IMG/VR virus record: IMGVR_UViG_3300016471_000446
Coordinates: 1 to 25,175 of that record
Length of the DNA stretch: 25,175 nt
Direction: 5' to 3' (one strand)
Origin: a virus
Taxonomy: Duplodnaviria; Caudoviricetes
A program made the position numbers and the translations under genes. Positions within the stretch are counted from its first letter, which is position 1. The number at the start of each line of letters is the position of its first letter. The notes below the pieces were generated by a model, which was given only the letters and a program-made list of their open reading frames with translations, made no database searches and was not told where the DNA came from. Of this stretch, positions 24,244 through 25,175 are shown piece by piece.

Positions 24244-25116
24244 GTGGCGAAGCACTCACAGCCCAGGCTGATTCGGCACTCGCCTGAGCTCCTTGAGATC
24301 CGCATCCAATACTCCGCCTGCCAGCCCTTCGACTTCTTCCTCGCTTCCGACATTCACCTCGATAACCCTCACTGCGACCGCAACCTCCTCGCCCGCCACC
24401 TCGACCAGGCCAAGGCCCGGAACGGGCACGCGCTCTTCTTCGGTGATGTCCTCTGCCTCATGCAAGGCAAACTCGACCGCCGCGCCAGCAAGGGGGCCAT
24501 CAGGCCTGAGCACTTGGGCTCCAACTACTTCGACCTGGTCTTTCGCGAATGCGCTGACTGGCTCTCGCCATGGGCCCAGACGATCCTCATGATGTCCGAT
24601 GGCAACCACGAGACCGCCATCATCACCCACAACGAGATCGATCCCCTCGGCAATCTTGTCCGCCTGCTTCGTGACTCGCACGGTGCTTTCACTGAGCACA
24701 TGCGCTACCAGGGTTTCATCTGGTTTACTTTCCACCAGACCAGTTCTGACCGCGAACACAAGATCCGCCGCACCACCCTCTTCTTCCACCACGGGGCATG
24801 GGGGGGGATCATCACCAAGGGCACCATGGGTGGTGGCCGCTATGCCTCCATCGCTCCTGACGCTCGCATCCTGATCAACGGCCACAACCACGAGCGGACC
24901 ATCGTCTCCCATCCCTGCTACCGCCTCAACTCCTCAGGCAAGCAGCACATCGAGCAGCGCTGGCATCTGCAGACCGGAACCTACAAGGAAGAATTCCATG
25001 GTGGTGGTGGCTGGGCTGTGGAGCGCATCGTCATGCCCAAGTCCCTTGGCGGCATCTGGCTCCGCCTGAAGCCCACCAAGCACGGTGTCGACGTCACCTG
25101 CGAGCCTGCCTGCTGA
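24244..25116 (+). CDS. Calcineurin-like metallophosphoesterase
   Basis: SDIH, FGDV, GNHE, HHG and GHNH motifs in the canonical order. Confidence 0.88.
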   Translation: MAKHSQPRLIRHSPELLEIRIQYSACQPFDFFLASDIHLDNPHCDRNLLARHLDQAKARNGHALFFGDVLCLMQGKLDRRASKGAIRPEHLGSNYFDLVFRECADWLSPWAQTILMMSDGNHETAIITHNEIDPLGNLVRLLRDSHGAFTEHMRYQGFIWFTFHQTSSDREHKIRRTTLFFHHGAWGGIITKGTMGGGRYASIAPDARILINGHNHERTIVSHPCYRLNSSGKQHIEQRWHLQTGTYKEEFHGGGGWAVERIVMPKSLGGIWLRLKPTKHGVDVTCEPAC

Positions 25117-25137
25117 CCCCCCCACCCCCACGGCTTT

Positions 25138-25144
25138 GGGTCCT
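25138..25144 (+). other. Lambda cosQ-like heptamer GGGTCCT, probable start of the packaging site
   Basis: Exact GGGTCCT in the intergenic DNA after the last gene of the rightward arm. Confidence 0.4.
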
Positions 25145-25175
25145 CCACCCGCCGGTTGACCGCGCGCACCCGTGT

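Overview
This is a GC-rich segment of a tailed phage or prophage. The host is probably a picocyanobacterium (Synechococcus/Cyanobium type), inferred from the cyanobacterial-type SSB, the 2OG-Fe(II) oxygenase, small cyanophage-like ORFs and HLR1-like boxes. 1-9908 (+) carries a P2-like contractile tail module (fibre proteins, sheath, tube, gpE/E' chaperone, tape measure, gpU, gpX, gpD fused to a CHAP-like peptidase) and a lysis region (L,D-transpeptidase-like protein, 2OG-Fe(II) oxygenase, putative holin, GH24 lysozyme). 9915-18616 (mostly -) is an early/accessory arm with small ORFs, a possible NblA-like gene, dCTP deaminase, DUF6378, an adenine methyltransferase, a wHTH protein, SSB, an Xis-like HTH protein, and RecT- and RecE-like genes. 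18783-25175 (+) holds an SF2 helicase, VRR-NUC nuclease, PrimPol-VirE, an iteron-like repeat cluster, a gpZ-like gene, a metallophosphoesterase and a lambda cosQ-like heptamer at the window end. No integrase, tRNA or CRISPR array was seen. Three observations stand out. (i) Six HLR1-like boxes each lie a fixed 28-29 nt upstream of a -10-like hexamer, suggesting a phage regulon run by the host light/redox regulator RpaB. (ii) A tandem-hairpin ncRNA candidate with covarying stems sits behind one of these promoters. (iii) A 30-codon string made almost only of methyltransferase motifs is fused to DUF6378, next to two in-frame nonsense codons. All family assignments are by eye; no searches were run.
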